DNA of 64,000 nucleotides. Origin: Hydrolagus colliei (lineage: Eukaryota). This document shows, piece by piece, positions 47,515-61,578 of this stretch (its first letter is position 1; each line of letters opens with the position of its first letter). Under the pieces are notes generated by a model, which saw nothing but the letters and a program-made list of their open reading frames with translations, was not told where the DNA came from and did no database searches. A program made the translations under genes and the position numbers. The stretch covers positions 8,618,001 to 8,682,000 of the forward strand of contig CM068759.1 in NCBI GenBank assembly GCA_035084275.1, written 5' to 3'.

Positions 47515-48940
47515 GGAGTCATGGAGGATAGTGGTTAGCATGCTCGCCTCGCAAGTGAGAGGACCCAGGTTCAATTCCCAGGGGGAGCGAAACCTTAGAA
47601 ATATTTCCTTAATCCATCTGTTTAATAGAAAGAGTAAGTAGTAAGTAAGAAACTGGTTGTTAATCAATTTCCTGGGGTAATACAGACAATTTACTTTACA
47701 GTATATTCTGTGAAGTGCTTTGAGACATCTAGAAGATGTGAAAAACGTTACATCAAACACAAGGATTATTATTATTTTATTAGAATAATATATATTTTTT
47801 AATCATTCACTCCATAGCTGTTTGTGGGACACTGCTGTGCGCATTTGGCTGCTGCGTTTGATCCACAAAAATACAGTCAATTCATTTTACAGTATATTCT
47901 GTGAAGTGTTTTTAGATGTCTTAAAGCACTTCATAGAATAAACTAAATTTGTGGGCATCCAAACGCGGCAGCCAGTTGTGCACAGCAGCGTCCCACAAAC
48001 AGCCGTGGATTGAAATAATCCTGATATCATGCCTGTGATATCAGGGCCATTTTAGCCATTTTGTTTTTTGTTGTGTCTTTTATGTAACATATTGTTTCCT
48101 AATTTGTTAAAATGAAATAATCCTCCGTATACACTATCCCTCACTCAAACACTCACTCACTCATCTCCATTACACAACATTTTTAGGCCAGAGACTGCTG
48201 AGGATTAAGCAGCTGTCTCAGAGAGATTACAGGGAGGAGCACCCCCCACACCATGTCCTCTACCACCCCATGTAACACAAAACAGGCTGACATCATTATA
48301 ATATTATCTTGCATTTGGTACAGCACCCTGCAAAGGAGCCACGTCAAAGCTTCATAATGTATACTGTGAAGTGGTGTGACTGAGCATTTTGTAGGCAAAC
48401 CCAATAGCAGCTGATTAGTGCTTGGCAGGGTCTCACAAACAGTGAGTGAGTATTGATAAATAATAATGAGCCTTGAATTTGAGATAGCGCTTTCTCGTCT
48501 TCGAGACGTCTGAAAGCGCTTCACAGAATATACTGTAAAATGACTTAACTATATTTTGTGGGTGAAACGCAGCAGCCGTTTGCCCATAGAAGTATCTCAC
48601 AAACAATCTTAGATTGAAGTCAACCAACGTACTATTATTATTTATATTTGTTTTGAAATAATGATTACCTCCGGTAAAGCAATCCACCAATTGACTAACA
48701 ACTGGGCCCCTACTTACCACTGGGTAAACAGGTGCGTGGAATAATTCAAGCAAAGTGTATTTGGGGGATTATTGGCCAGGACTCTGACGGGAGAAAAACA
48801 AATATGAATAATAATAATAAATTGGTTCACTTCAATCTAAGATTGTTTATGAGACACTTCTGTGTGCAAACGGCTGCTAAGTTTTGCCCACAAAATATAG
48901 TTAATTCACTTTACAGTATATTCTGTGAAGCGCTTTCAGA
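47515..48940. mobile_element. Cluster of ~6 SINE copies in both orientations
   Basis: Copies at ~47515-47780(+), 47810-47920(+), 47920-48015(-), 48290-48430(-), 48460-48730(-), 48800-48940(+). Confidence 0.75.
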
Positions 48941-50189
48941 GTAGTCCTTTTGAGTCGTGCCACAGGATTTAGAACATCCAAATGAACAGACAACCTTGGG
49001 GCAAAGTCTAATTTGAAGAAAAGCACCTCCTACAATGCAGCGCTTCCAAGGCACCACTGGAGTGTCAACTTAGACTGTTAAGATCAACAACAACATTACA
49101 TTTGTAGAGCGCCTGATAGTCCCAATGTGGAGTTCTGTCAGGCTCTGAGGCCGGAATACTTCAAACTAAAGTAAACCAGACAACTCACTATTAACTGTGA
49201 AGAGTTAGGGTGGGAGTAGGGTGGAGCAAGACGGCCTATGAAATAGAATAAACAGCACTGGTGACGACAGTATTTCCCTCACGGTTTCATTCTGCAAAAT
49301 AAAAGATTTTTAAAAAAGAAATTATTCCAAAAACTCCCAAGGGTTGCTCGGCTAGTGATGCAACCATAGCAACGATCACATTCTTCAAGATATGTCTACT
49401 CATTTTGGAAATCTGACATGTTTTTCTCATTTTTCCTGCTCCTCTTTTCTGTGTGTGAGTGTGTTTTTTTACCATCACTTTTACCTCTGTGTCTGCAATT
49501 TCTTGGCCATCAAGGGGAAGCAGAAAGTGTTGGTTCACTCAAGTACAAATTAGATAGATTTATTTGGGAAAATAATATTTTGGGAGACAGTGAATGGGTA
49601 GTATGAGTTGTAGGATCCTTGGAAGAATCAGATGCTCCCAAAGCTTTGTTGGAGACTAATCCATACAGAATTCATTGCTAACAACATCTCCATCATTGTA
49701 GCATGTGACTAGCAGGGTGATAAGTCTAGCAATTCCTATGTTCTCATGCTCCTTATTTTCCCAACAATGCTCCAAATAAAATTGGTCATTCATTTCCTTG
49801 CCGTTTGTTGGATGTTCTGTTGTGTCTAATTGGCTGCCACGTTTGCCCCCACAAATGCATCCACTGAAAGTTTGAGTTATGCTTTGTGCCGCAAGCAGAG
49901 CTGTCTCACATGCAAGGATTATGATGAATGGCCAGCGATTGCCTTGGTCTCGTTCAGTGGATTGCTTTAATGGTAGGATTCAAACAAAACTCTTGTGCCA
50001 GGAAAAGCAGGGCAGTGAAACCGGATCGGGGAAATTAGAATTCCAAAGCTCTGATCAAAGTCTGAGGTGAACATCCAGTGGCTCATTGTTCAAAGCAGGT
50101 TTCACGTGGGACTCAATTTGGACTCCATTTGTCTCTGTGCAGCACAACTCAAGCAGAAACTTCTCAACACTTGGCTCAAATGAGTATGA

Positions 50190-51480
50190 TAATAATAATA
50201 AACCTTTGCACTTGATATCCTGCCTAATCGTGACATTTAGCCATCACAAAGGAATATATTGTAAAGTGGATTGACTGTATTTTGTGGGCAAAATGCGACA
50301 GCAAGTTTGCGCACAGCAATGTCCCACAAACAAGTCAATTTTACTTGGGGGATTAATGGTTAGGAGAGGGTCGTCGAGGATGCTGTCCTTTGGATGAGAT
50401 GTTAAGCCGAGCTGCTGTGTAAATAAATTTAAAATCAACATGGCTTTTAATCGGGGATTTTTTTTGTTAAATGACCACAATAGTTACTTCCTGCACAACT
50501 GGTATTATTAGTAAGGTCTGTGCTACACAAAGTACAACAAGGGAAAGACTGGCAGCGTTTACAATCCAAAGCTTCAGTTCATTCTGAGTTCAGAGTCGCT
50601 TGAAGAGCTTCTGGAACTGGGAGAAGACCCAGGTTTGATTCCCGAGGTTGGGCAATACCATAGGCAAAAATCTTTACTCCACACACATCTCTGTTTAGCT
50701 GTGAGTAGGAACCCAGTTGTTAGTTGATTGGCGCATCACTTTCTGGGGGTAATAATCCATTCCATAAAAAATGTGGTCACTCAAGCCATGACCTCTTGAG
50801 GGACATTGCTGCGTTTAATTGGCTGCCACATTTTGTCCGCAACATATACAGTCAGTCGACTTTACAGTATATTGTGCGAAGTGCTTTGAAGCGTCGCAAA
50901 GATATGATAAGGCACCATATCAACTGTGAGTATCCCTCTTTGATCGGTTATTGAGCCCAGACAGAGAGTTGTGCCATTGGCTTGGGTTTAACTTACTTTG
51001 GAGTCGCATTCACAGAGCCATGTCAGCAGGGGGCGTTGGAGGGTATCAAAGGGCTGAAGTTCTCATGGTTTTAGCCTGAAGACCACTTGTTGTCTAAAAC
51101 TTTAATATCACACACAATTACAGAGTTTGGGGAAATTTGCTAGCTTGTTTTGTAATTTGGGATCCCCAAAGTTGTTCACCCTCAGTTTTGGCTTCAGAGC
51201 TTGGAGCAGTTTTTTTTAAATAATAATAATAACCCTTGAATTTGATAAAGCACCTTAACACATCGTTGATGCGCCATATGCACTCAAAGTGCTTCACATG
51301 CAGCAGCCAAATGCACACGGCCATATCCCACAAATAATTGGTGACTGAGTAACCAAATTCCTATTATTATTACTTTTCAAGCGTTTATTACCCCCCGGAA
51401 AGCGATCTGCCAATTGAATATCAAGTGCCTTCCTATTTGCAGCTGCCTCGCAAGCGAGAGGACTTGGGTTCAATCGGCAA
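50190..51480. mobile_element. Three SINE copies
   Basis: Copies at ~50190-50340(-), ~50620-50925(+) and ~51220-51480(-). Confidence 0.65.
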
Positions 51481-54400
51481 CCTTTTGCCTTGCTCCGTTT
51501 GTCTAACAATTGACAACTGTTCCTACCTACTACCTACTTCTTAGTCGACTTATTACTCGCTTATCTGCGAGTAATAAGGCGCTATATCAAATGCAAGGGT
51601 TATTATTAGTACTACTAACATTTCTGCCAGAAACAAGGTTTTGGTTCCGTCACTGTTCGATTGCTCTGAAATTTGACCTGCAAGCTGCTAAGTTCAGAAC
51701 AATTGGAAGGTCCTTAGAACAGTGTTATCTGAGCAGTCAAGGGTAAAGTACCATTACAGCATGTTTCCACAAGAGCTCTATTGCCTGGGACCCAGGGATT
51801 ATTAACCTGTCACTGTCGCAACCCTATCTCAGTTCAAACTGGGTGTCTCCAGCACAGAGCAATTGTGGAGAGGAGACATTCACAGCTTGCTGGCTCCCAA
51901 TGTCTGGCGTATGTGTGTGTGTGTGTGTGTGTCTCACCATCAGCTGCAGTACACATTTAAATGATTGAATGGGAAACATACAGTGTTCACGTAATAACAA
52001 TAAATATAATAATCCTTCGGGTTGTAGACCTGAAACGTTGTCTCTTTTTCCTTTCTCCATGGACGCTGCCTGACCTGCTGAGTTTCCCCAGCAACTTCTG
52101 TTTTTGTTAATAATCAAAATATAGTGTTTTATCACATCATTGAGACTTCCCAGTGCTTCACAGAACATACTGTAAAGTGAAGTGAACTGTATTTTGTGGG
52201 GAAAATGCACCAACAACAACAAAATTACATTTGTATAGCGCCTTTCATGTCGGGAGGACGTCCCAAGCCAGACCTGTGTGGAGGTCTCCGTGAGTTGATC
52301 GCTGAGCTGGACAGCTCCAAATTCTCTTAACCCTGCAAACCCGAAGCCAGCCAGTGTTTGCAATGCGCGAAGCCTGGGCAGCTCAGGGCAGTGACATAGC
52401 TGCTTTATGGAGCTTTACAACAGAGTTACTCGAGCAGACATCAGGAATGCATTTCTCGGAGGCTGGATTAGCAGTGCGGATGGCGTTATGTAAGAAATGC
52501 AAACTGCCATCAGAAATGGCCTGAATCACACTGAACTTCAAAGGATGGCTGTACAGCAAACTGCGGCGGGGAGCATTCCAACACTAGAGATATTTCACGC
52601 ACATGAAATATTGTGAGCTCCTTACTCTTTGGCCTGTCATTTCTGGGAATGCAAAGTGGTCTTAACGGCCAGCCCAGTGACATTGAGCGTAATTATAGGG
52701 ACACCTCCCTACCAACAGGACAGGCATATCTGACTTCGGTTTAATGGGTTTCAGATTATATCGTTGGCCAATTCCACAAGGAAAGAGCTTTGTCTTAAAC
52801 TGTTAGATGTCAGATTGGTGAGAGTCAAGGTGTGGTGACCCCAACTCAGGCTAAAGTTGCTCATTATCCGGACACGAAGAACCCTAGGCAAGTTTCCTTA
52901 TTCCACACATCCCTGTTTACCCAGCAGTAAGTAGGAACCCGGTTGTTAGTCATTTGGCAGATTGCTGTCCAGGAGTAATAACACCCCTTTCAAAAAATTG
53001 GGCGCTCAGTCCAATCCAGTCACTCACTGAAGGTTCAACTTGTTAGTTAGGCTTCTCTTGTTCCTCTTTTACCATCCCTGTGATCTCTGTCACTCCCTCC
53101 CATTCTCCCACTCTCTCCTCGTCTTGTTCTCACTCTTTCACTCCTTCCCTCCCTACCTCTCCTCTTTGCTCTCTCTTCCAATCTCTTGCTCTCTGTCTCT
53201 CCCAGTCTGTCTGGATCTCATGCTGCAAATCTATCTCCCCCCAACCCCTCTCTCAATACCTGTCTGCTCTCTCACTCTCTGTCTCTCCTAATCTCTCTTC
53301 TCTCCCTGCCTGCCTCTGTCAGTTCATCTCATTCGCTGTCTCTTTCTCTCTTAGTCTCTCTGCCTTCTGCTCCAAACTCACTTTGGGAATGTGAGCAGCT
53401 AAACCCTTCAGCTAAAACACATCTAAATTTGGCTGTGAAAGCAGGGACAGCATTCCTGTGGGAGCTGCCAGTGGAGGGGACAAAAGGCAGAGCTGCAGAT
53501 TGTCTTATCAAACAGCCAGAGTCACAGCAGTGAGACTTCCCATCAGCAGCAGTCGATGTCCACTCTCCCCTGGGAAGGCTCCGATGATGGAAAGAAAGAA
53601 AAAATAGCTCCTTATCACATTGAGATGCCTCAAGCTCTTTACAATAATTGACATCATGTGTAGGGACCTTGTAGGCAGACGTACAGCTGCCCCAGTCTGA
53701 CTCAGTCAGCAGCACCTACTATGCAGAGCCGAAACATCAACCTCGACTGTACATTCCAAGTCCTGACGTAGGGGCTTGAACCCACAACCTTATGACTTAG
53801 AGATGAGGGTGTTACATACTGAGCCAGGCTGACTCACACTGAGCCAGGCTGACGTTCTAGACAAACGCGGTAGCCAGTTAATGCCCAGCGATTCCTGTGC
53901 TGTGTAACATGCTCTGGAGCGCAAAACATGTCCTGAGACGTGTTGCAGACTAACGTACAGCGCCACTCCCACGTCACCATTGAGGGGGTCACAGGTCAAT
54001 CATCAGCCATGACCCGGCTTCTTTTGGAGAAAGTTTTTTTTAATTAATCAAAATTTCCCCCAACACATCATTACTAGTGAAAATGGATAGAAACTGACTT
54101 TAATGTTCCCTGGTGCAATCAGTTTGTATGTCACACACCAAGAGTTTCCGGCTGACACACGGCTTCTCTAGCAGTATTTATTGAGGGTCAAAACATTCTT
54201 TCCAAAGCGCTGCGTTGTCTGTTGGTCATCGTTCCAGGCCATCAGCTATTCATTATCATATCAGCTTCCTCACATCCTCAGTGTCACCATGATGCCTGGC
54301 TGCAGGGTGTCAGCTTCTCTGAGCACCTGATAACTGACCAGCCCTCCACCCCCCCCACCCCACCCCAGGCTGATGAAACCTCACAGACCTTGGCTGTGGC

Positions 54401-55869
54401 CTGTAATCTCTTGTAACTCCGTGGTTGTCTCTCACACACAGGCCCCCCTAAACCCTCATTGCTCCACTCCACTGAGTTGGTGAACACAACTACTGTAGCT
54501 CTTAAGTCTGAGTTCAATGATGCATACAGTCACACACCGAGTGGGTTTCACATCCCAGCACGGCCTGAATACACTGTGAAATCAAATTGGTTCCATTTGT
54601 TGAAGGTTTCTATTTAAGCGATTGCTGCCATGGTAGCCCAGACGTGTCAGAGCGTGTACTCTGTCAGGTGCTGAAAACCTAAATATAGCCCAGAATCAAC
54701 ATGCAAATGTGTGGGGCCGAAAGCTTGGTGGTGCAATAGAGAGGAACAAGTCTGATCTGTGGCTCATTTAGAGCACACCCACACAGCAATGCCTGTGCAC
54801 ACACAAACACAAACACACACACACACACATATACCAATGTTTGCGTGCACACACACACACACGCATGCCAATGTCCATGCGCACACACATATGAATATGC
54901 ACAGGGCTAATATGTGACCTCAGGCAGGAATACACAGTGGGAGATGATTGTGTGTTAATTCTTTTCAACAATCAACACCAGCCCTGAAATACATCCACCT
55001 GTTACACACTCTGTGTAGTGGGTGATTTATGCCTTCTCAGGATCACTAACTGCTCACACACCATACCCTGCCTTGTCCGCCGTACCCTCTCCTCCCTGTC
55101 CGCCTTGCTCACCACTGCCCTGTCTTTCCAGCCTTGCCCTGCCCTGTACCCCAGGCTGTGAGGAGGGACTCTGACCTCTGTGCAGTTTCTAGGTGTGCCT
55201 GCTGCTGCTGCTGCTGTTCGTTCAAGGGACTTTGCCCATTCTCTTGCTTACAGTTGGTTTGATTTACTGAGCGCTCTCCGTGCTTTAGAACAAGAGAGCT
55301 GTGGGCGATTTGGAGGAGAATCAGCTCATGCGTTGGCATATGTCAAGTAGGGAATCGCTGTGAGTTTCAGCGAGGTGGCGCTCAGCTGTGCAGCAAACAG
55401 TGTGTGTGGGCTATGGCTGTGGAGCTGCCCTGCCTCTGGTGTGGTGGTGGGGGGTGGTCAGTTACAGATGGCTATTCAGCTGGGGTTGAGGACAGGCAGC
55501 ATTTGCTTTCGACAACAACTTGCATTTATATAGCGACCCCCCCAGAGCTATTCACGGTGACAGAGTCTGACGACGGGCCAGTGGGAGTGGGAGGAAGAGG
55601 GACATATTGTATTATATCATGTGTGTCCTATCACAGATCCTTTGCTGGGAATCAGACTTTCTTTATATTGTTACAGCACTGAGAGTGTAAAGTACCCCCA
55701 TCCTCCTCAGCCACCCCCAGTTCTCTCTATCTCCCCCTCAAAGTCAATATAAATAATTTTAAAAATTGGTCATTCCTCTTTGACCATGTATAAACCTCTT
55801 TTCCCCCCACTGCCATCCACCCTCCAAATGCAAGGATTATTATATTATTATTGTATAAACTCACTAAGA

Positions 55870-56160
55870 TAATAATAATCCTTGCATTTAATGTAACGCT
55901 TTTCATATTTAGACATCTCAAAATGCTTCACAGAATATACTGTAAAGTGAATTGACCGTATATTTGTGGGCAACCAATTGCGCACAGCAGTGTCCCACAA
56001 AAAGTCGTGGAGTAAAATGACCAATTTTTTATAGGTTTTTTTGGGACGGATTAGTATTAGGCGTCTGGAGTAAGGAAATTTGCCCAAGCTTTCGCCCTGA
56101 TTCGAAACACAGGTCTCACGCTTGTAAAGCGAGTAATCTAACCACTGAGCTACAGGACTC
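55870..56160 (-). mobile_element. Near full-length tRNA-derived SINE
   Basis: Reverse-complement head ...ctaaccactgagctacagga and the complete family tail. Confidence 0.8.
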
Positions 56161-58477
56161 CACATACCGTAACAGGACAGAGAGACAGACAACAACAATT
56201 TACATTTATATAGCAGGTAGTATGGGGTTAGACTGTGGAGGGATTTATAGCGAGGATAAGGATGTTGAACTCAATCCACTGGGGAGCCAGTGGACGCGGG
56301 TGAGGATGTGGGGGTGGGGTGGGAATGTCCACATTATATATATCTGGAGGAACAAAAACATAACCATTCTTTACTGGAAGTAGTGTCTTCTGAGATCTTT
56401 AGATTGGGCTTCGCACAGGCCAAACAAAGTGTGATTGAGTCACACCCACAGCTTGTGGAGTCAAAGATTAGCATGCACTCAGACTGCATGGGTCTGGCAA
56501 CAGCAGAGAGACAGATAACACATGTACCATCCTGACCAGTGAGTCAAGAGAAGAGCCACCTCAGTCACAGTCAGTGTCTGCGGCTGATGTTGTTGTTATT
56601 TGTAGTAAAGCAGCTGTCCTGTATGTTGATGCTGGAGGCTTTTATGACATTTCCTAATCACCTCCAGGCTACAGAGTGTCTGGTTCATAGAGTAGAAGAG
56701 GGAGTATAACCTGCCAGACTTGCAACAGCCACACCATATCTGCCAGGTAACAGTCAAACACCAAGACTGGCTCCAACCACAATGTCTTTAGCTTTTCAGA
56801 CTGACATGCAAACAGGCTGAAGCAGCAAGGCTGGAGATCAGGGAACCAAAGTCAGGATGAGAGCTTGGCTAATGGCTCTGAGCACCACAGCGTTCAACAG
56901 CTTTCCTGTTGCTTTACTGACCGCACGCATCACAATGTGGGGGGTGCAGGGTCACAGAGCGGTCAAGAAAGCTCCTCTGTGGAGCTTGTTGACCAAAGGC
57001 ATGATTGAGGAGGTGTGTTTCTAAGAACACTTCAAGGTGAGGAAAGGAAGCACAGGGTGGAGGGAGATTATGAGATTCCCAGACGCTGGGAGCAGTGATT
57101 CCAGAGAGAAAAATCATATTTGGAACCTCGCTTACAGCCCGGCATGGAAATGGTGTTCAGCTCTGCAGCCAACCTATTCGGATCCTCTGATGTCTGGTGA
57201 CTGTGCATTGCCCTGTGTGTGCCAGCAGATTGGACATCCAGAGGGGTAACAATAAACAGCGGGCACATTCCCTATCTATGGCTGAGGAGCAGCCATAGCA
57301 ACCTATGTGGGGTGGAGAGGTGCTGGCAGTGGTGAGAGATATCCATGCCAACCTGATAAAAGTCCACCAGTTATAGACACAAACCCAACTGGTATTGAGC
57401 CTCTGGCTGAGAGTCAATCTCTCAGACTGCGGCCAGGAGCGGGGACAGCCTTCCTCAGGCCCCTACACGGGGACCAGCCGCTAAACACTGATTGTTCAAA
57501 GTGTTTAGCACAAAAGTGACCATTTAACCTGTGCCAATCTGATCATCTTCTAAGGAGCTATCTGCTCATATCCAAATCCAAACCCAAACATTGTCCTCCA
57601 CTCTTTAATTCTGTGTTTCAAATTGCTTTTTAAATGTGAACAGCCGTTGGCAGTGACGTGACGCACATGCTAACTACTTAGTGTGTACAATCCCTCCCTG
57701 ACCTCCATCTCTCTGGTAAGAATGCCGAGTTTAGTACATCATCTTGGGAGACCTTTTCCAGTTGGGAGACTTTCTGGCAGAACCTGAGTGAATGACTGTC
57801 TCTCAGATCCAGGACGTACAAATCAGTTTCTGTAAGCGTTTTCTGAGGCTGAACTTTGGGCCCGAATCACAGACTGCAATTGTTACATTAATCACAGTAA
57901 TTGTGCGATCCCACGCCAAATGCGTTTACCCCAACAGGAGATTGCAATTTATCCACAGACGTCGTGAATCCAGGGCCATCGTAACTGAAAGTTCCTCCCT
58001 TCAAATGATGGAACCACTTAACACCAGTGTTCTTTGTGTACATCAGCAACAGGATGAGTGCCAGACAACATCTGTATCACACCTGCAACTGTAACCTACA
58101 GATACTTGTCTCTGCTTACACTGAGCACAAGCAACATGCAAACCAGTGTCTTTGGACCACAGCCTTGCGTCAGAGCGAGAGATTTGTTTTTGAAACAGAG
58201 CCATGAAAACATTACTGTGAGAATGCATTACGACAGGAGGCAGTTACGTTGGGTTAGACTGAGATCAAGATTGACTGCTTTGCACACAAGGAGTGAGATT
58301 CTGAAGGTGGCAGAGGTGGAATACAATTAGGATTTATTTGTGGTTAGATAAATTGCAGGGCCATTAGTAAGTGGCTGACCAGCCTCTGTGGCTCTGTGTT
58401 ACTGTATGATTGGCCTCTTACTGGGGACAGTATCAGACCCCAGCCCGGCCCCCGCTTATCAGTCAAACAATGTGGAG

Positions 58478-58790
58478 TTCTGTAGCTCAGTGGTTAGAGC
58501 ACTCACTTTATAAGCGAGAGACCTGGGTTCGATTTCAGGCAGAGCGAAACCTTGGGTAAGTTTACTTACTCCATACACTTGATAAAAGCAATCAAAACCC
58601 TCAAAAAAAGCAATAGTAAACTGGTCAATTTTCACAACTGTTTGTGAAACACTGCAGCATGCAATTGGCTGCCATGTTTCGCCTACAAATATACAGTCAA
58701 TTCACATTACAGTATATCCTGTGAAGTGCTTTGAGACATCCAGAAGACATAAAAAGCTCTCCATCAAACGTAAGTGTTTTTATTATTATT
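58478..58790 (+). mobile_element. Near full-length tRNA-derived SINE
   Basis: TGTAGCTCAGTGGTTAGAGC ... GGGTTCGATTTC head, core and (tat)n tail. Confidence 0.8.
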
Positions 58791-60279
58791 AAACAGGAAG
58801 CTGGAAAGCAAGAGTGACTGGGCTGCCGAGATACGGGCTGAACATAAGGGCGTTTCCCACCTGCTGTGACTTTGAGCATCGATAACAGGAGTTGCTGTCA
58901 GCCTGAGCCAGGGAGTGCCAGGCACCAGGGCTCAGTTCAACAGCCAGAGTGGAGGGACCCCGACTTCACACTACCTCCAACTCTAATACTCTCTAACACT
59001 TTACTTTCTGATTCTCTACACTCTTAATAATGTAAGAATCTGAGAAATGGAAGTCCATCCAAATTGGCTTCAACCATCCAGGCAATCACGTGCACTTGTC
59101 ATGTCTTAAACTACATACTGTGTCCCAAGATATTGTTTCCTAATTTGCTTGAATATTCTCCTCTGTAATACTCTTAACCTCTAATACTCACTTCCTGGTC
59201 CCCTCTGTGTGTGTGTGTGTGTGTGTGGACTGAATGTTCTTATAAACATTGCATTTGATATATAGCACCTTATCACATCTCAAAGGCATGAAAAGGCTTT
59301 ATATGAAATTCTAGGGTTATAGTAACCAGCCAACCATGCTTGCCAGTATCCAAACTAGACAGAATTCCACTTACTTCTAGACAGCTACATTTAGCTGCAC
59401 CAGTATTGGAATGCAATGTCATTTTCTGCCCTGGAGAATGGACAGCCCACCCACTCTCTGTGCCTCTGCTGTGACCACGTTCACACAATCAGGTCAGGCT
59501 TGTCCTCAGCAACGAAATGCATGACCTGCCTCTCATCTGCATCTCACCCACTTCTGACCTGCCTCTCACTCGCCTCTGACCCACCTCTCACCTGCCTCTC
59601 ACCCGCTCGCTCCCCTTTCCCCATAGCTCGGGTTATCTGCATCAACATGAGACGGAGGAAGACTCCACATTCCAACCATTCATCATATATTCCAACTCGT
59701 GAGCCTAAGCACAGCTATGTGAGTGCCGTCACCCTCTCATCCCCGGACATTCGCTCACCAAGTACATAGTGAGACGTGAGGGGCGGAGGGACTGGAGAAG
59801 AGGAGAGAGCATTGTTTGTCAGAGCTATCTTTTTCCTTTGGTGTCTAACACATACGGAAACCTATCATCATGCTTTAGAGCCTACAAACTAAGATGGGAA
59901 TTCCATGCATTCCATCCATGCATCTGTTGTTGGAATGGAATAGGCCCTCTCTCCCTGGAAGGACACACCGTACTTACCTAATTCCGGATAATTATTAGGC
60001 ACAGGTTGTCAAGAGCGAAAGCCTGGGGAACTCCAGAGTGTGAGTTGGGGGTAACTGCTGGAGTCTAACCAGCTACGATCATGTCTCCATCTTGAAGTCT
60101 CACTAATGAACCACACACCAGCCTCGGTGGCTGGCCACAGAACAAAAGCCACTCATCTTGAATTTGATGATTTATGCTCTTTTAATGTCACATGGAAACC
60201 AGTGTTGGCTACAGTGTTTACATCAAGGGCTCTGTGTGCTAGACAGTCACATTGGTCACTTGTTGTCATTAGCAAATTC

Positions 60280-61280
60280 CGTATTTTAATTATGGATGAA
60301 AATGTATTTTAATTCTCGACTTCAAAGTCTCGCGTTGTTTGGGTATAAAACTGTATTCAAGTATATCTCGTTTTTGACACTGAAAACTAGCTGAGTTACC
60401 CTGCAGCACCCAGGATTTGAGTACAGTTTCTCAGCCTCTGTCCAGATGGGGGGAAAAATAATACCCTAAAGTTGTTTTTTAAAAATAGACCTAAGTTGAG
60501 ATGATTTTTATCAAAAAGATGAATCATTATAAAGTTATGAAAATAGAGCAGTGTGTCAACTACAGAGAGGTTGTTTCCCAGCAACATTTAGGCGTGTTTG
60601 CAAGTCGAAAGAATCAGCTGTCTATTGAATTTATGCCTACGTACAATAACACTGCGGCGATCGGTCAGTAATACATAGACACAGATCCCCACCTCTAAAA
60701 GGGAGATGTTCCTTTTATTTATATTACCGCCCCCCCCCCACCCCCCCCCATTCCACCCAGCTTGCGATTCGGTGCGAAAAGCATCGCAATAAATATTAAA
60801 AGTCGTTAATAATCACTTTGTATGGCGTTGATAAATAGGATGCTGTTTTCTTCCTTCCATTGCAGATTTGGGTCATTTTCATAAAGGCCTGGAACCTCAC
60901 CTTGGAGCTCACCCCTGACTGTAAAGCGAGGGAGAGAGAGAGGGAGGGAGGGAGGGCGGAGGGTACGTACAATTTATAAACCAAAGCTATAGTTTGTTTC
61001 TTCGATCGGGGCCGGGCTGTGCGGAGCGGATGTGAGGAGCTCTCGGCCTCCTTGTCTGGGAGGATGAACGGACAATGAGCGCTCTTCAACGAGGCGTCTT
61101 TCTCCCAGACAAGATAGGGACGTGTCCACGCGTGCAGCTCCAGAGTAACTCAGGCCCTGTGAATACTTTACCCAGCCCCTTGTTGTTCGCCCGCTCAAGT
61201 TATCGCTTGTCCATCGCCCAGCTCTCAGAAACCGTCCCGAGGTGTGGTTTGAGCCGGACCGTCTGTGTGCTGGGGCCGTG
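60280..61280 (-). other. Probable RBM38 3' UTR
   Basis: Repeat-free sequence downstream of the stop codon, with ATTAAA candidates (minus strand) at ~60285 and ~60308. Confidence 0.5.
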
Positions 61281-61578
61281 TTACTGCACGCGGTCAGGCT
61301 GCAGCTGTTGAGCCTGGTACTGGAGAAGCGTTGTGTTGCCGGCAGGGGCCGAGGTTCCAGCGGTGATGGGCTGCTGTAGGGCCGAGTAACCATAGCCGAT
61401 GTAGCCGGCGGCCGGGGAGGCGGTGTAGGGATACTGATCGAAGGCTGCGGTGGCGTACTGGGCGTAGGCAGCCGAGGTGCTATAGTCAATGTAAGGGGAG
61501 CTCAGCGACTGCAGCTGGGTGGGAAGCACGACCCCGGGCTGCACGTAGGCCTGTGGGTACACATAATGGGTGGCGAGC
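61281..61578 (-). CDS. RBM38: RNA-binding protein 38, last coding exon (rest of the gene lies beyond the window)
   Basis: Acceptor tcctccccatag at 61579. Translation [17 protein letters not shown]...SLSSPYIDY...[10 protein letters not shown]...QQLQPDRVQ* matches the RBM24/38 C-terminus. The lack of RBM24 poly-Ala runs and synteny with CTCFL/PCK1 favour RBM38. Confidence 0.88.

Noticed and set aside
60974-61489. 171-aa minus-strand ORF overlapping RBM38
   Set aside because: An alternative frame of the last exon running into the 3' UTR, with no homology evident.
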